Below are positions 10,099 through 18,803 of a stretch of DNA of 64,000 nt, piece by piece. Within the stretch, counting starts at the first letter, position 1. The number at the start of each line of letters is the position of its first letter. A program made the position numbers and the translations under genes. Origin of the DNA: Chitinophagales bacterium (lineage in GTDB: Bacteria; Bacteroidota; Bacteroidia; Chitinophagales; UBA8649); assembly GCA_049890075.1 (NCBI GenBank), contig JBMHCE010000016.1, positions 34,181-98,180 of the forward strand, written 5' to 3'. The notes beneath the pieces were generated by a model, which was given only the letters and a program-made list of their open reading frames with translations, did no database searches and was not told where the DNA came from.

Positions 10099-11660
10099 TG
10101 AGCAGTCCCAAAAAGACCATCATGTGGGTTGATGATGAAATCGATCTACTAAAACCCCAGCTCCTTTTCTTAGAATCGAAAGGCTACGAAGTTATTGGTC
10201 TTACCAATGGAAGGGATGCTATAGATTACCTAGAAACCAATAAAGCCATTGACATCGTCCTCTTGGATGAGAGCATGGCAGGACTAAGTGGACTAGAGAC
10301 CTTAGACATTCTAAAAACAAAGCGACCCCAGCTCCCTATGGTCATGGTCACAAAAAACGAGGAGGAAGACCTGATGGAGGATGCTATCGGAGCACAGATT
10401 TCCGACTACCTCATCAAACCAGTAAAGTCACAGCAATTGCTGTCAAGCATCAAAAAGCTTACGGAAGACAAAACATTGATTCGGGAGCGAACGACCACCA
10501 ATTACCAGCAAGCCTTTCAGAAAATGTTCACCAAAATTCAAGAATTGGACGATTGCAAAGGGTGGATTGATTTTTACAAAGAACTTGTTTGGTGGGAACT
10601 AGAACTGGATAAATCGGCATCCACAGATGTCCATGAGATTTTCCAAATGCAGAAGAGAGAGGCAAACCGTGCTTTTACCAAGTTTATTGAACGAAATTAT
10701 GTTCGTTTACTTCAAGACGAGGACGAGATGGTCTTCTCGCATCAAGTGCTTGAGAAATGGTTTCTTCCAACCTGTCACAAGGCAAAACACACCCTTTTGC
10801 TTGTCATAGATAACTTGCGCTATGATCAATGGAAGGTGCTTCAAAAGTTTTTGACTGACCAGTACACTGTTGAGAATGAATCGCTTTATTTCAGTATTCT
10901 TCCAACAGCAACTCAATACGCTCGGAATGCCTTGTTTTCAGGATTACTGCCTAGTGATATCATCAAGCACTACCCTTCCTTATGGATTGATGAACAGGCA
11001 GAAGGCAGCAAAAACAAACACGAGGAGGAGCACTTTAAGTCATTTATCCAACGAAAGTCAACCCAAATCGAAAAGGTAGACTTCTTCAAAGTAGCTAACT
11101 ATGAGATGGGGAAATCGCTAGAAGCGCGAGCGCTCAATGTGCTCAACCACGATGTTACTGCCATAGTCTACAACTTTGTGGACATGCTTTCCCATGCGAA
11201 AACCGATATGGAAGTAATAAAAGAACTAGCGAGTGATGATCGAAGCTACCGATCGTTAACGGAAAGTTGGTTCAAGAACAGTCCTTTGCGCCAAGCGTTA
11301 ATCGCCCTTGCCCAAAAGGATGTTGAGGTTATTCTAACCACCGACCATGGAACAAAGCGCGTAAAAACTGCAAGTAAGTGCTCTGGAGAACAGTCCATTA
11401 CTTCCAACACGCGTTACAAAGCTGGAAGGAAGTTAACCTATCAGTCTAAAGACGTTTTTCGCATCAAAGACCCAAGTTCAGTCGGCCTACCCATACCAAG
11501 TTTGGGAGCGGAATACATATTTGCTAAGGATGAAAATTTCTTTGTCTATCCTAACAATTTCACCCACTTTGCCAACCACTTTAGTGATAGTTTTCAGCAT
11601 GGTGGAGTTTCATTAGAGGAGATGATTGTCCCGTGGGTACGCCTAAAGCCAAAAAGATAA
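10098..11660 (+). CDS. porX: response regulator with C-terminal PglZ/alkaline-phosphatase-like domain (PorX-type T9SS regulator)
   Basis: CheY-like receiver (WVDDEIDLL, VLLDESMAG, IKP) fused to a ~390-aa PglZ-type domain. At 520 aa it matches PorX architecture. The ATG overlaps the upstream stop (TAATG). Confidence 0.85.
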   Translation: MSSPKKTIMWVDDEIDLLKPQLLFLESKGYEVIGLTNGRDAIDYLETNKAIDIVLLDESMAGLSGLETLDILKTKRPQLPMVMVTKNEEEDLMEDAIGAQISDYLIKPVKSQQLLSSIKKLTEDKTLIRERTTTNYQQAFQKMFTKIQELDDCKGWIDFYKELVWWELELDKSASTDVHEIFQMQKREANRAFTKFIERNYVRLLQDEDEMVFSHQVLEKWFLPTCHKAKHTLLLVIDNLRYDQWKVLQKFLTDQYTVENESLYFSILPTATQYARNALFSGLLPSDIIKHYPSLWIDEQAEGSKNKHEEEHFKSFIQRKSTQIEKVDFFKVANYEMGKSLEARALNVLNHDVTAIVYNFVDMLSHAKTDMEVIKELASDDRSYRSLTESWFKNSPLRQALIALAQKDVEVILTTDHGTKRVKTASKCSGEQSITSNTRYKAGRKLTYQSKDVFRIKDPSSVGLPIPSLGAEYIFAKDENFFVYPNNFTHFANHFSDSFQHGGVSLEEMIVPWVRLKPKR

Positions 11661-12106
11661 TGAGCGATATCCTACATAGCCATATCAGCAAATCTCCGAG
11701 CGACCTGCATGTTCTTTGTTCATGGATTGCTGAGCAGCCAACAGGGCAGATTTGGTGCTGTGTAGGACCTGTCGGGGCCGGTAAAACAAGTATGGTAAAA
11801 CAATTTATTCGTCAGTTTGGAGCGAACCCCGAAGTCAATAGTCCAACCTACAGCCTTTGGCATCAATACCCAATGAAGAATGGACATGTTTGCCATCATT
11901 TAGATCTCTACCGATTGCAAAACCTTCAAGAATTCGTCGAGCTTGACCTCTTTGAGTCGTTAGACCAAGGGGATGTGTGCTTTATCGAATGGCCAGAACT
12001 TATCGAGACGTATCTCGAACAAGAGATGATTCCTTTCTCAATAATCGAGATTGAAGAAGGTCAGTCTCAAAGAGAATTTCGTATTTTAAAAGGAATAACC
12101 GTCTAA
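11660..12106 (+). CDS. tsaE: tRNA t6A37 biosynthesis ATPase TsaE
   Basis: P-loop GPVGAGKTS plus the TsaE-type SPTYSL...H.DLYR motif. I prefer the ATG at 11660, which overlaps the porX stop, over the ORF-track start at 11633. Confidence 0.88.
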   Translation: MSDILHSHISKSPSDLHVLCSWIAEQPTGQIWCCVGPVGAGKTSMVKQFIRQFGANPEVNSPTYSLWHQYPMKNGHVCHHLDLYRLQNLQEFVELDLFESLDQGDVCFIEWPELIETYLEQEMIPFSIIEIEEGQSQREFRILKGITV

Positions 12107-12107
12107 C

Positions 12108-13310
12108 ATGGGTCTTACTTCAAAATTAGGGCTACAACCTCTTGAGTCGCCTTCATTAGTTGCCGAGCGAAAAGGATCTCTTGATATAGGTATTCTTAAA
12201 TCCACATCATCTGAGGAAAAACGAGTCGTTCTTACTCCAAGAAATGTTGAAATGCTCACGGCCGATGGTTATCGCGTACTTGTTGAGATAGGTGCAGGAA
12301 AACGTGCAGGGTTTCCAGATAACCTATATGCAGAGGCTGGAGCCGTCATCACTTCAGATGTTAAGGAGATATATAAATCACATATCCTTTTAAAGATTTG
12401 TCCATTGGATGAAAGAGATGCTGATCACGCCGCCCAAGAGCAGATTATCATTTCACCCATGCAGCTATCGTCGTTTGATACGAGTTTACTTGACAAACTC
12501 GCCAAGAAAAAAGTAACCGCTTTAGCCTTTGAGTTTTTCAGAAGTAGAGAAGGACGTTCCTTCCCCTTTGTAAAAGCTATGAGTGAAATCGCAGGATATG
12601 CTTCCATCTTTTTAGCTTCTGAAGCTTTAGGTCAACGAAATGAAAGTGGAGGAAAATTATTCGGAGGGCTTAATGGAGTTGAACCCATTAGTGTGCTTAT
12701 TCTTGGTGCAGGAGTAGTCGGTCGATTTGCCGCGCGTGCCGCGCGAGGCTTCGGAGCAACGGTCATGGTTATGGATGATGACATCAATAAGCTATCAAAA
12801 CTCCAAAACCACGTAGGTGAGCAACTCTTTACAAACATCTTAGATACTCAATTGATAGCTAAAGTCCTAGAGAATACGGATGTTGTAATTGGCGCTCTGC
12901 ATTCTAAAACCGGTCGATCACCAATCGTGGTCAGCGAGCACATGGTTACTAATATGAAATCAGGATCGGTAATTATCGATGTGAGCATAGACCAGGGAGG
13001 ATGTATTGAGACCTCTGAGATAACGAGCCATGAGCAACCCTTCCAATCCATTCATGATGTTTGGCATTGCGGTTTGACGAACATTCCGTCGAGATTTTCT
13101 AAAACCGCTTCTATTGCGATCAGCCACCTCCTCGGGCCGATGTTATCAAGGTCCATGGAATATGGAGGTATTCACCACTTAATGCAAGAAGACAATGGCA
13201 TTGCAAGAGGTGTTTACATGTATCGCGGACAGGTTACTCAAAGTGCGTTAGCTCGAAGATTTGATCTGAAAGCAACAGACTTATCTATTTTGTTTACTAC
13301 TACCAGATAA
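12108..13310 (+). CDS. alanine dehydrogenase/PNT-family NAD-binding dehydrogenase
   Basis: AlaDH/PNT N-terminal domain followed by a Rossmann motif ILGAGVVGRFAA. Substrate not assignable. Confidence 0.75.
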   Translation: MGLTSKLGLQPLESPSLVAERKGSLDIGILKSTSSEEKRVVLTPRNVEMLTADGYRVLVEIGAGKRAGFPDNLYAEAGAVITSDVKEIYKSHILLKICPLDERDADHAAQEQIIISPMQLSSFDTSLLDKLAKKKVTALAFEFFRSREGRSFPFVKAMSEIAGYASIFLASEALGQRNESGGKLFGGLNGVEPISVLILGAGVVGRFAARAARGFGATVMVMDDDINKLSKLQNHVGEQLFTNILDTQLIAKVLENTDVVIGALHSKTGRSPIVVSEHMVTNMKSGSVIIDVSIDQGGCIETSEITSHEQPFQSIHDVWHCGLTNIPSRFSKTASIAISHLLGPMLSRSMEYGGIHHLMQEDNGIARGVYMYRGQVTQSALARRFDLKATDLSILFTTTR

Positions 13311-13312
13311 TC

Positions 13313-14035
13313 ATGCGCTTTTTCCTTTGGGTTGTCGTTCTGAGTAGTTTCTTCTCGAATGTAAAAGGTCAATATACATCACCATATACCTTACGCAACT
13401 CCACTGAAATCGCTGTTCCTGTAGTAGGACTCGGTACAGCAGGCCTTTCCTATTATCTACATCGCAACAAGCCCGTTTTGACGGAGGAAAACATAGCCAA
13501 TCTAGCGATTTCAGACATCAATGCCTTTGACAGAAAAGCGGTCTATCAATGGAGACCTAAATCCGCTCATCTATCTGATGCCCTCATGGTTACGGCTATT
13601 GCAAGTCCCTTGCTCCTTATGACCAGTAAGAGAATTCGAAATGATTGGGAAAAGCCAACCGTTATGGGCCTAGAAGTATTCGTTTTAAATCTAGGACTAA
13701 CTGGTTTAACTAAGGAGCTTGTACGCAGACCCCGTCCATACGTCTACAACCCCGACGTCCCTATATCCATGAAAACATCACGGGATGCAACCACTTCTAT
13801 GTACTCGGGACATACCTCCACTACAGCGTCGATGTCTATGTTTACAGCCATAACGCTCCAACACTACCATAAAGGAGAGAAATGGATGCCTTTAGTATGG
13901 ACTTCTGCCGTTATACTTCCTGTAGGAACAGGAATTTTAAGGTATCGGGCGGGTAAACACTTTTGGAGTGATGTAATCACAGGGTATATAGCAGGAAGTC
14001 TTACAGGATTACTTGTCCCCATTCTGCACCGATGA
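13313..14035 (+). CDS. PAP2-family phosphatase (membrane)
   Basis: PAP2 motifs KELVRRPRP, YSGHTS, RYRAGKHFWSD, and several TM helices. Confidence 0.85.
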   Translation: MRFFLWVVVLSSFFSNVKGQYTSPYTLRNSTEIAVPVVGLGTAGLSYYLHRNKPVLTEENIANLAISDINAFDRKAVYQWRPKSAHLSDALMVTAIASPLLLMTSKRIRNDWEKPTVMGLEVFVLNLGLTGLTKELVRRPRPYVYNPDVPISMKTSRDATTSMYSGHTSTTASMSMFTAITLQHYHKGEKWMPLVWTSAVILPVGTGILRYRAGKHFWSDVITGYIAGSLTGLLVPILHR

Positions 14036-15238
14036 AGAAGTATTGGCTAGGCTCTTTCTAAACTTGAAACCCATCAATCCAATACCCCCCACGATCATAG
14101 CAAGTGATATCATTTGAGCTTGTGTTAGTCCCAACATACTCGCCGTAGAGGTTACTCGAATACCTTCGATCAAAAAACGTTCAACACCGGCAAAAATCAA
14201 AAAGCCAGCGAAAAGAACTCCCGGTTGATGCGTGAGCTTTTTTCTTAAGAAAAACAACAGAAGAAATCCTCCAAGAAAAAGGAAAAACTCATAAATGCTT
14301 GTAGGATAGACGCCAGCCGAAAGTTCATAACAATACTGACCACTACACCCTGGAATAGGCTCTCCCGCATTGATTACATTATGCGCATAGGTATTGGACC
14401 AAAACGATTCTGGAATCCAGCCAGGCCTTGCGTTACTATTGACGATACCCCAATCTCCATCGCCTGAGAAATGACACCCAAGACGCCCTATACCTTGAGC
14501 AAGTAAAAAACTCAATCCAAGCGCATCAAATAAATGGGCTACGTGAATTTTTCGACGGTAGGCAAAAACCAAAATGGCGAGCCCTCCAAATATCAATCCA
14601 CCATAGATTGTCAAACCGCTTACAAAGAGAGCCGGATTGCTTAATAACGCAGTCACATTTTTGAAGAAGTCCTGGATTCTATCCGGCTGCAAGAAATCAA
14701 AAATCTTGGCTCCAAGAATACCGAAAATTGCGGCGATCACTACCATCTCCCCTATTTGCTCATGGGGCATGTAATCCACCCATCGGCGTTCGGGTTCTGG
14801 TAATTTTTCTTTTTTGGCTTTACGATAGGCTGGCAATATAGATAGAATCATGGCCGCAAGGCCTCCTATAAAACTTCCATTACTGCTTTGTAGATAGGCC
14901 ATTTGGTCAATGGCTGCTTGATCCATGTTGGTAAACGCACCAATAATCTTATATCCAAAGAAAAATGAGATGGCTCCATTAATCAACAGCTGTGTCCAAT
15001 TAGGGCCTGCACCTACCAAAACTTCTCGAGGATAGCCAATCAATAGATTCAATTGCTCGCGACGTTTCAATTCTTGACGAAGAACAAGGGCAGCAAACAA
15101 AAAAGCCAGCGCTACAAAAAATCCGTATGTATTGGGAAACATACTTGGAAACGGCTCTCCACCTCGAAACACATCCTTTAGAAAGGGTAACTTATCATTG
15201 ATAAAGTCAAAAACGGTTGGGTAAGCACGTAATATCAT
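14009..15238 (-). CDS. lgt: prolipoprotein diacylglyceryl transferase (long form)
   Basis: Polytopic membrane protein with an Lgt-type motif GRLGCHFSGDGDWG. Its 3' end overlaps the PAP2 gene by 27 nt. Confidence 0.8.
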   Translation of the reverse strand: MILRAYPTVFDFINDKLPFLKDVFRGGEPFPSMFPNTYGFFVALAFLFAALVLRQELKRREQLNLLIGYPREVLVGAGPNWTQLLINGAISFFFGYKIIGAFTNMDQAAIDQMAYLQSSNGSFIGGLAAMILSILPAYRKAKKEKLPEPERRWVDYMPHEQIGEMVVIAAIFGILGAKIFDFLQPDRIQDFFKNVTALLSNPALFVSGLTIYGGLIFGGLAILVFAYRRKIHVAHLFDALGLSFLLAQGIGRLGCHFSGDGDWGIVNSNARPGWIPESFWSNTYAHNVINAGEPIPGCSGQYCYELSAGVYPTSIYEFFLFLGGFLLLFFLRKKLTHQPGVLFAGFLIFAGVERFLIEGIRVTSTASMLGLTQAQMISLAMIVGGIGLMGFKFRKSLANTSSSVQNGDK

Positions 15239-15254
15239 AGCTATCTGTCAAAGA

Positions 15255-16574
15255 TTAATATAACCTACCCGTTGAATATACGCCTTCTTCCTCGAGATAT
15301 TCATTGAGGGTAACCGATGAGATACCCCGAGCATCTAGACCTTCTCGATGGGCCCTAACCCGCACATAATTTGAAGTATATCCATATATCCAATTTGTAG
15401 AAGCATCACCCTCTTCCCATAGAACCGGAAAGGTTAGGTTAGCCTGTGCATGATAAAACTGCTTGGTTAAGCGTTCTGAGATATTGCGTAGCACAAAATT
15501 TCGCTCACGCCGTTCCTGAACAGGAACTGCATCAGCAAGCTTAGGTGCTCTAGTATTTTGCCGCTCACTGTAGGTGAATACGTGAAGGTAACTCAGCCCT
15601 AAATCTTGTACAAAAGATGCCGTATGTCGAATATCTTCTTCGGTTTCTCCAGGAAAGCCAACAATTACATCGGCACCAATACAGGCATGAGGCATAGCGG
15701 CCTTGATATGCTTTATTCTACTTGCGTATAGCGCGGTATCATATTTTCTGCGCATGGCATGTAAAAGCCGATCAACACCGGTTTGCAAAGGAATATGAAA
15801 GTGGGGCATGAATTTCTTGGACGATGCAACAAAATCAATGATATCATCGGTTAAGAGATTCGGTTCAATACTGGAAATGCGAAACCTTTCTACTCCTTCT
15901 AATTCATCTAATGCGACAATCAAATCATGAAAGTTTTCAGCACCGCGTTGACGGCCATCTTCTGAACGGCCAAAATCGCCAATGTTTACCCCCGTTAAGA
16001 CGATTTCCTTAGCCCCAGATTCTACAGCCTCACGTGCCGTCTGCAATACCTTTTCAATGGAGGTACTTCTCGAACGGCCCCTTGCAAGAGGTATCGTGCA
16101 AAACGTACAATGGTAATCACAACCATCTTGAACTTTTAAGAAGGTTCGCGTGCGGTCATTCTTTGAAAACGCTGGATCAAAGCGATTCACTTCCTTAATC
16201 GATTCCACCTTCACAGTATTGGCCTCGAGGTCAGTTGACATAATGGCACCAACGTCAAACTTAGCATTAGCGCCAAGTACAAGGTTTACTCCAGGAATTG
16301 AAGCAATTGCATCCGGTTTTAACTGAGCATAACAGCCTATGACCACCACCTTTGCCTCAGCATTGTTTCGTTTAGCCTGTCGAACTAGATTTCGGCATTT
16401 CTTATCGGCTTGCGCTGTGACCGAACAGGTGTTGATAATATAGCAATCCGAAGGTTGTGTAAAGTCCACACGCAACCATCCTTCACTGATTAATTGTTGA
16501 CTTATTGCAGAACCTTCAGCGTAGTTAAGTTTACAGCCAAGTGTATGCAGAGCAAAGGTTTGCGGACGTCCCAT
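15255..16574 (-). CDS. mtaB: tRNA ms2t6A37 methylthiotransferase MtaB (radical SAM)
   Basis: UPF0004 N-domain (FALHTLGCKLNYAE), radical SAM CDYHCTFC, TRAM-like C-terminus. I prefer the ATG at 16574 over 16634, because the extra N-terminal 20 aa fit no family. Confidence 0.88.
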   Translation of the reverse strand: MGRPQTFALHTLGCKLNYAEGSAISQQLISEGWLRVDFTQPSDCYIINTCSVTAQADKKCRNLVRQAKRNNAEAKVVVIGCYAQLKPDAIASIPGVNLVLGANAKFDVGAIMSTDLEANTVKVESIKEVNRFDPAFSKNDRTRTFLKVQDGCDYHCTFCTIPLARGRSRSTSIEKVLQTAREAVESGAKEIVLTGVNIGDFGRSEDGRQRGAENFHDLIVALDELEGVERFRISSIEPNLLTDDIIDFVASSKKFMPHFHIPLQTGVDRLLHAMRRKYDTALYASRIKHIKAAMPHACIGADVIVGFPGETEEDIRHTASFVQDLGLSYLHVFTYSERQNTRAPKLADAVPVQERRERNFVLRNISERLTKQFYHAQANLTFPVLWEEGDASTNWIYGYTSNYVRVRAHREGLDARGISSVTLNEYLEEEGVYSTGRLY

Positions 16575-16722
16575 TATGTCAAAAATACAGCATGTTACAA
16601 AACCAATAAAGAACAAAGTGATTTCATAGCACATCCTCTTAGCAAAATGTTAGTGACTTCGCTTTGATTTACTGTTGGACCCATTTATATTTAGCTTATT
16701 CTTAAACATTAAAAATTTTATC

Positions 16723-16866
16723 ATGAAAAAGTTTTTACCAATTTTACTAGCAGGTTTCGTAGCAATCACTGTTGTTGCTTGTGGTGGCGAAGAAGAAGCT
16801 GCTGAAGGTGATGAGGCGGCTACTGAAGAAGCTGCTGAAGAAGGTGCTGAAGAGGCTGCTGAGTAA
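16723..16866 (+). CDS. 47-aa lipoprotein with an E/A-rich acidic tail
   Basis: MKKFLPILLAGFVAITVVAC lipobox followed by GGEEEAAEGDEAATEEAAEEGAEEAAE. A strong terminator lies immediately downstream. Confidence 0.6.
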   Translation: MKKFLPILLAGFVAITVVACGGEEEAAEGDEAATEEAAEEGAEEAAE

Positions 16867-16891
16867 GCAGTTATCACAACTTCAATTAGAT

Positions 16892-16919
16892 AGCCGAGGA
16901 TTATCCTCGGCTTTTTTTT
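16892..16919 (+). terminator. rho-independent terminator
   Basis: 9-bp stem AGCCGAGGA/TCCTCGGCT, 3-nt loop, then a T8 run. Confidence 0.85.
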
Positions 16920-17019
16920 GCCCTTAAGTCAGAAAGACAAGAGTTTTTGGCATAGACATTGAAACCAAAACAGAAACTTACTTGTTACCCTGTTTCAAAT
17001 TACTTTAATCCAATTGATC

Positions 17020-17586
17020 ATGAAAAAAATTCTATTCCTATCCCTTGTTACGTTCTTATTCTCCAATGGCTTGTTTGCTCAGCAGAGTTTTGAAGTAGAC
17101 TTAGAGAACAGCTCAGTCCAGTGGTTTGCGCAAAAAGTAGGAGGAAAGCATGATGGGTTAGTTGATATAAGACAGGCTTCGATAACGTTAAATGACGAAG
17201 GAGAAGTAAGCAGTGCCAACATTGTGATCGACATGCAATCCATTTCAGTAGAGGATTTGTCTGGCGGAGCGAAAGACGCGCTAACCAAACACCTCAAAGA
17301 TGCTGATTTCTTCAACACAGAAGAGCACCCAATGGCGTCATTTGTTGTTAGCAAGGAGTCTGATAAGCCAGGAGTAGCTTCAGGAATTCTGACGATTAAA
17401 AATGTATCCAAAGAATATACATTGAATTACACCAGAAGCGACAACCAGTTACAAGGAACGTTAATCGTAGACCGTACAGACTTTGACATTATGTACAAAT
17501 CAAAATCCGTTTTGGATGCAAAGGCAGTAGCAGATGGATTCATCTACGACGAGTTCAAAATCACCTTTACGTTAGAACAGAAGTAA
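17020..17586 (+). CDS. YceI-family periplasmic polyisoprenoid-binding-like protein
   Basis: Signal peptide, then the YceI pattern (SSVQWFAQKVGGKHDG...HLKDADFFNTEEHP...). ATG at 17020. Confidence 0.85.
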   Translation: MKKILFLSLVTFLFSNGLFAQQSFEVDLENSSVQWFAQKVGGKHDGLVDIRQASITLNDEGEVSSANIVIDMQSISVEDLSGGAKDALTKHLKDADFFNTEEHPMASFVVSKESDKPGVASGILTIKNVSKEYTLNYTRSDNQLQGTLIVDRTDFDIMYKSKSVLDAKAVADGFIYDEFKITFTLEQK

Positions 17587-17602
17587 TCTAGTATCTATAC
17601 TA

Positions 17603-17899
17603 TTAGCCCTCTAGGCGATATCCAAGCGAGCGAATTGAGTGGAGTGTAATGGTACTATCACCTTTCAGATGGTTTCTTAGGCGATTGATGTATACGTCCA
17701 TGCTGCGACCTGCGAAGTAGTCCGTTTTTGACCAAATTGCCTGAAGTACTTCTTCTCTTTGTACAATTTCGTTTTTTCGTTTGACCAAAAACTCTAACAA
17801 AGCTCCTTCTCTTGGAGTAAGCCTGATCTCCTCTTTATTGACGAGAAGTAAAGTTCTCTGACCGCTATTATATGTTGATTTGCCTATTCTCAAAAACAT
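17603..17899 (-). CDS. stand-alone OmpR/PhoB-type winged-helix DNA-binding domain protein (no receiver domain)
   Basis: Trans_reg_C pattern: IRLTPREGALLEFLV...REEVLQAIW...SMDVYINRLRNHL...IRSLGYRL. Confidence 0.75.
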   Translation of the reverse strand: MFLRIGKSTYNSGQRTLLLVNKEEIRLTPREGALLEFLVKRKNEIVQREEVLQAIWSKTDYFAGRSMDVYINRLRNHLKGDSTITLHSIRSLGYRLEG

Positions 17900-18054
17900 A
17901 TTTCAGATTGTTGAGGTGAGGGATCAATACGTGCGATATGCATAGAGTTGGAATCAATACGATACGTATTTTCCTCGTTGGAGTTGTTATATCCCCTTAG
18001 AACAGCAAGCATTATTAAGATGGCTATGACCCATAATAGTACAAGAATAAACAT
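17603..18054 (-). pseudogene. possible frameshift-split gene: 54-codon TM-anchor ORF (17890-18054) plus the winged-helix ORF
   Basis: The ORF MFILVLLWVIAILIMLAVLRG...SEICF* lies below the ORF-track cutoff. It ends inside the T5 run that contains the ATG context of the wHTH ORF. Adding one T would fuse the two frames. Confidence 0.4.
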
Positions 18055-18101
18055 TGCTCCCTGTTGCATATTCGCTTAGTTTAACCGAAATTAGAAGGGT
18101 T

Positions 18102-18773
18102 ATGACAAGCGACAATTACCAAATACTAAATATTCACAACAGTGCACTCAATGAATGTTTAGCAGAAATCCGGGATAAAACCATCCAAACGAATCGACCT
18201 AGGTTTAGAGAAAATCTGAGACAAAGTGGTGTTTATTGTGGCTATGAGCTGAGTAAATCCATGGCATACCAAAACAAAATGGTAAAGACTGTGCTTGGTG
18301 ACGCCCCAGTTAACTTGCTACGCAGCCAGCCCGTATTGATTCCGATTTTAAGGGCAGCACTCCCCTTTTACGAAGGAATTCAATCCGTTTTCCCTCATGC
18401 TGAAAGTGGTTTTATTGGCGCTATGCGTAAAACAACTAGTTCAACTTCATTTGATATTGCGCTGGATTACCATGCCCTTCCCGACCTCAATGGACGAGAA
18501 GTTATCTTGATTGATCCTATGTTAGCCACCGGAAAATCCATGGTTAAAACAGCGCAAGTATTGAGTACCATGTACCCTGGAATACAGCGTTTTTATATTG
18601 TGGCACTGATATCATCTAAACAAGGCCTTCAATATGTTTCAGACCATCTCACCCACGAACATCGTATACTTTCCGCGGCATTAGATAATGACTTAAACGC
18701 GAAGAGTTACATCGTGCCGGGGCTTGGTGACGCAGGCGACTTAGCCTTTGGAGAAAAGAAAGACATGGCTTAA
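18102..18773 (+). CDS. upp: uracil phosphoribosyltransferase
   Basis: PRPP-binding loop VILIDPMLATGKS and a C-terminal YIVPGLGDAGD motif. I prefer the ATG at 18102 over the TTG at 18054. Confidence 0.9.
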   Translation: MTSDNYQILNIHNSALNECLAEIRDKTIQTNRPRFRENLRQSGVYCGYELSKSMAYQNKMVKTVLGDAPVNLLRSQPVLIPILRAALPFYEGIQSVFPHAESGFIGAMRKTTSSTSFDIALDYHALPDLNGREVILIDPMLATGKSMVKTAQVLSTMYPGIQRFYIVALISSKQGLQYVSDHLTHEHRILSAALDNDLNAKSYIVPGLGDAGDLAFGEKKDMA

Positions 18774-18803
18774 CTTAAAAGGAGTACCAAAACGTATTCC
18801 TTC

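Noticed and set aside
10098-11660. A PglZ domain could indicate a BREX/PGL phage-defence locus.
   Set aside because: The PglZ domain is fused to an N-terminal CheY receiver in a 520-aa protein, which is PorX architecture. None of the BREX partners (brxA/B/C, pglX methyltransferase, brxL) are nearby. The neighbours are tsaE and a T9SS cargo protease.
16650-16877. A 75-aa minus-strand ORF rich in Ser/Ala repeats (SAASSAPSSAASSVAASSPSAASSSPP).
   Set aside because: It is the antisense mirror of the GAA/GCT-rich acidic tail of the plus-strand lipoprotein gene. The plus-strand ORF has a proper lipoprotein signal and a terminator. The minus-strand ORF has neither.
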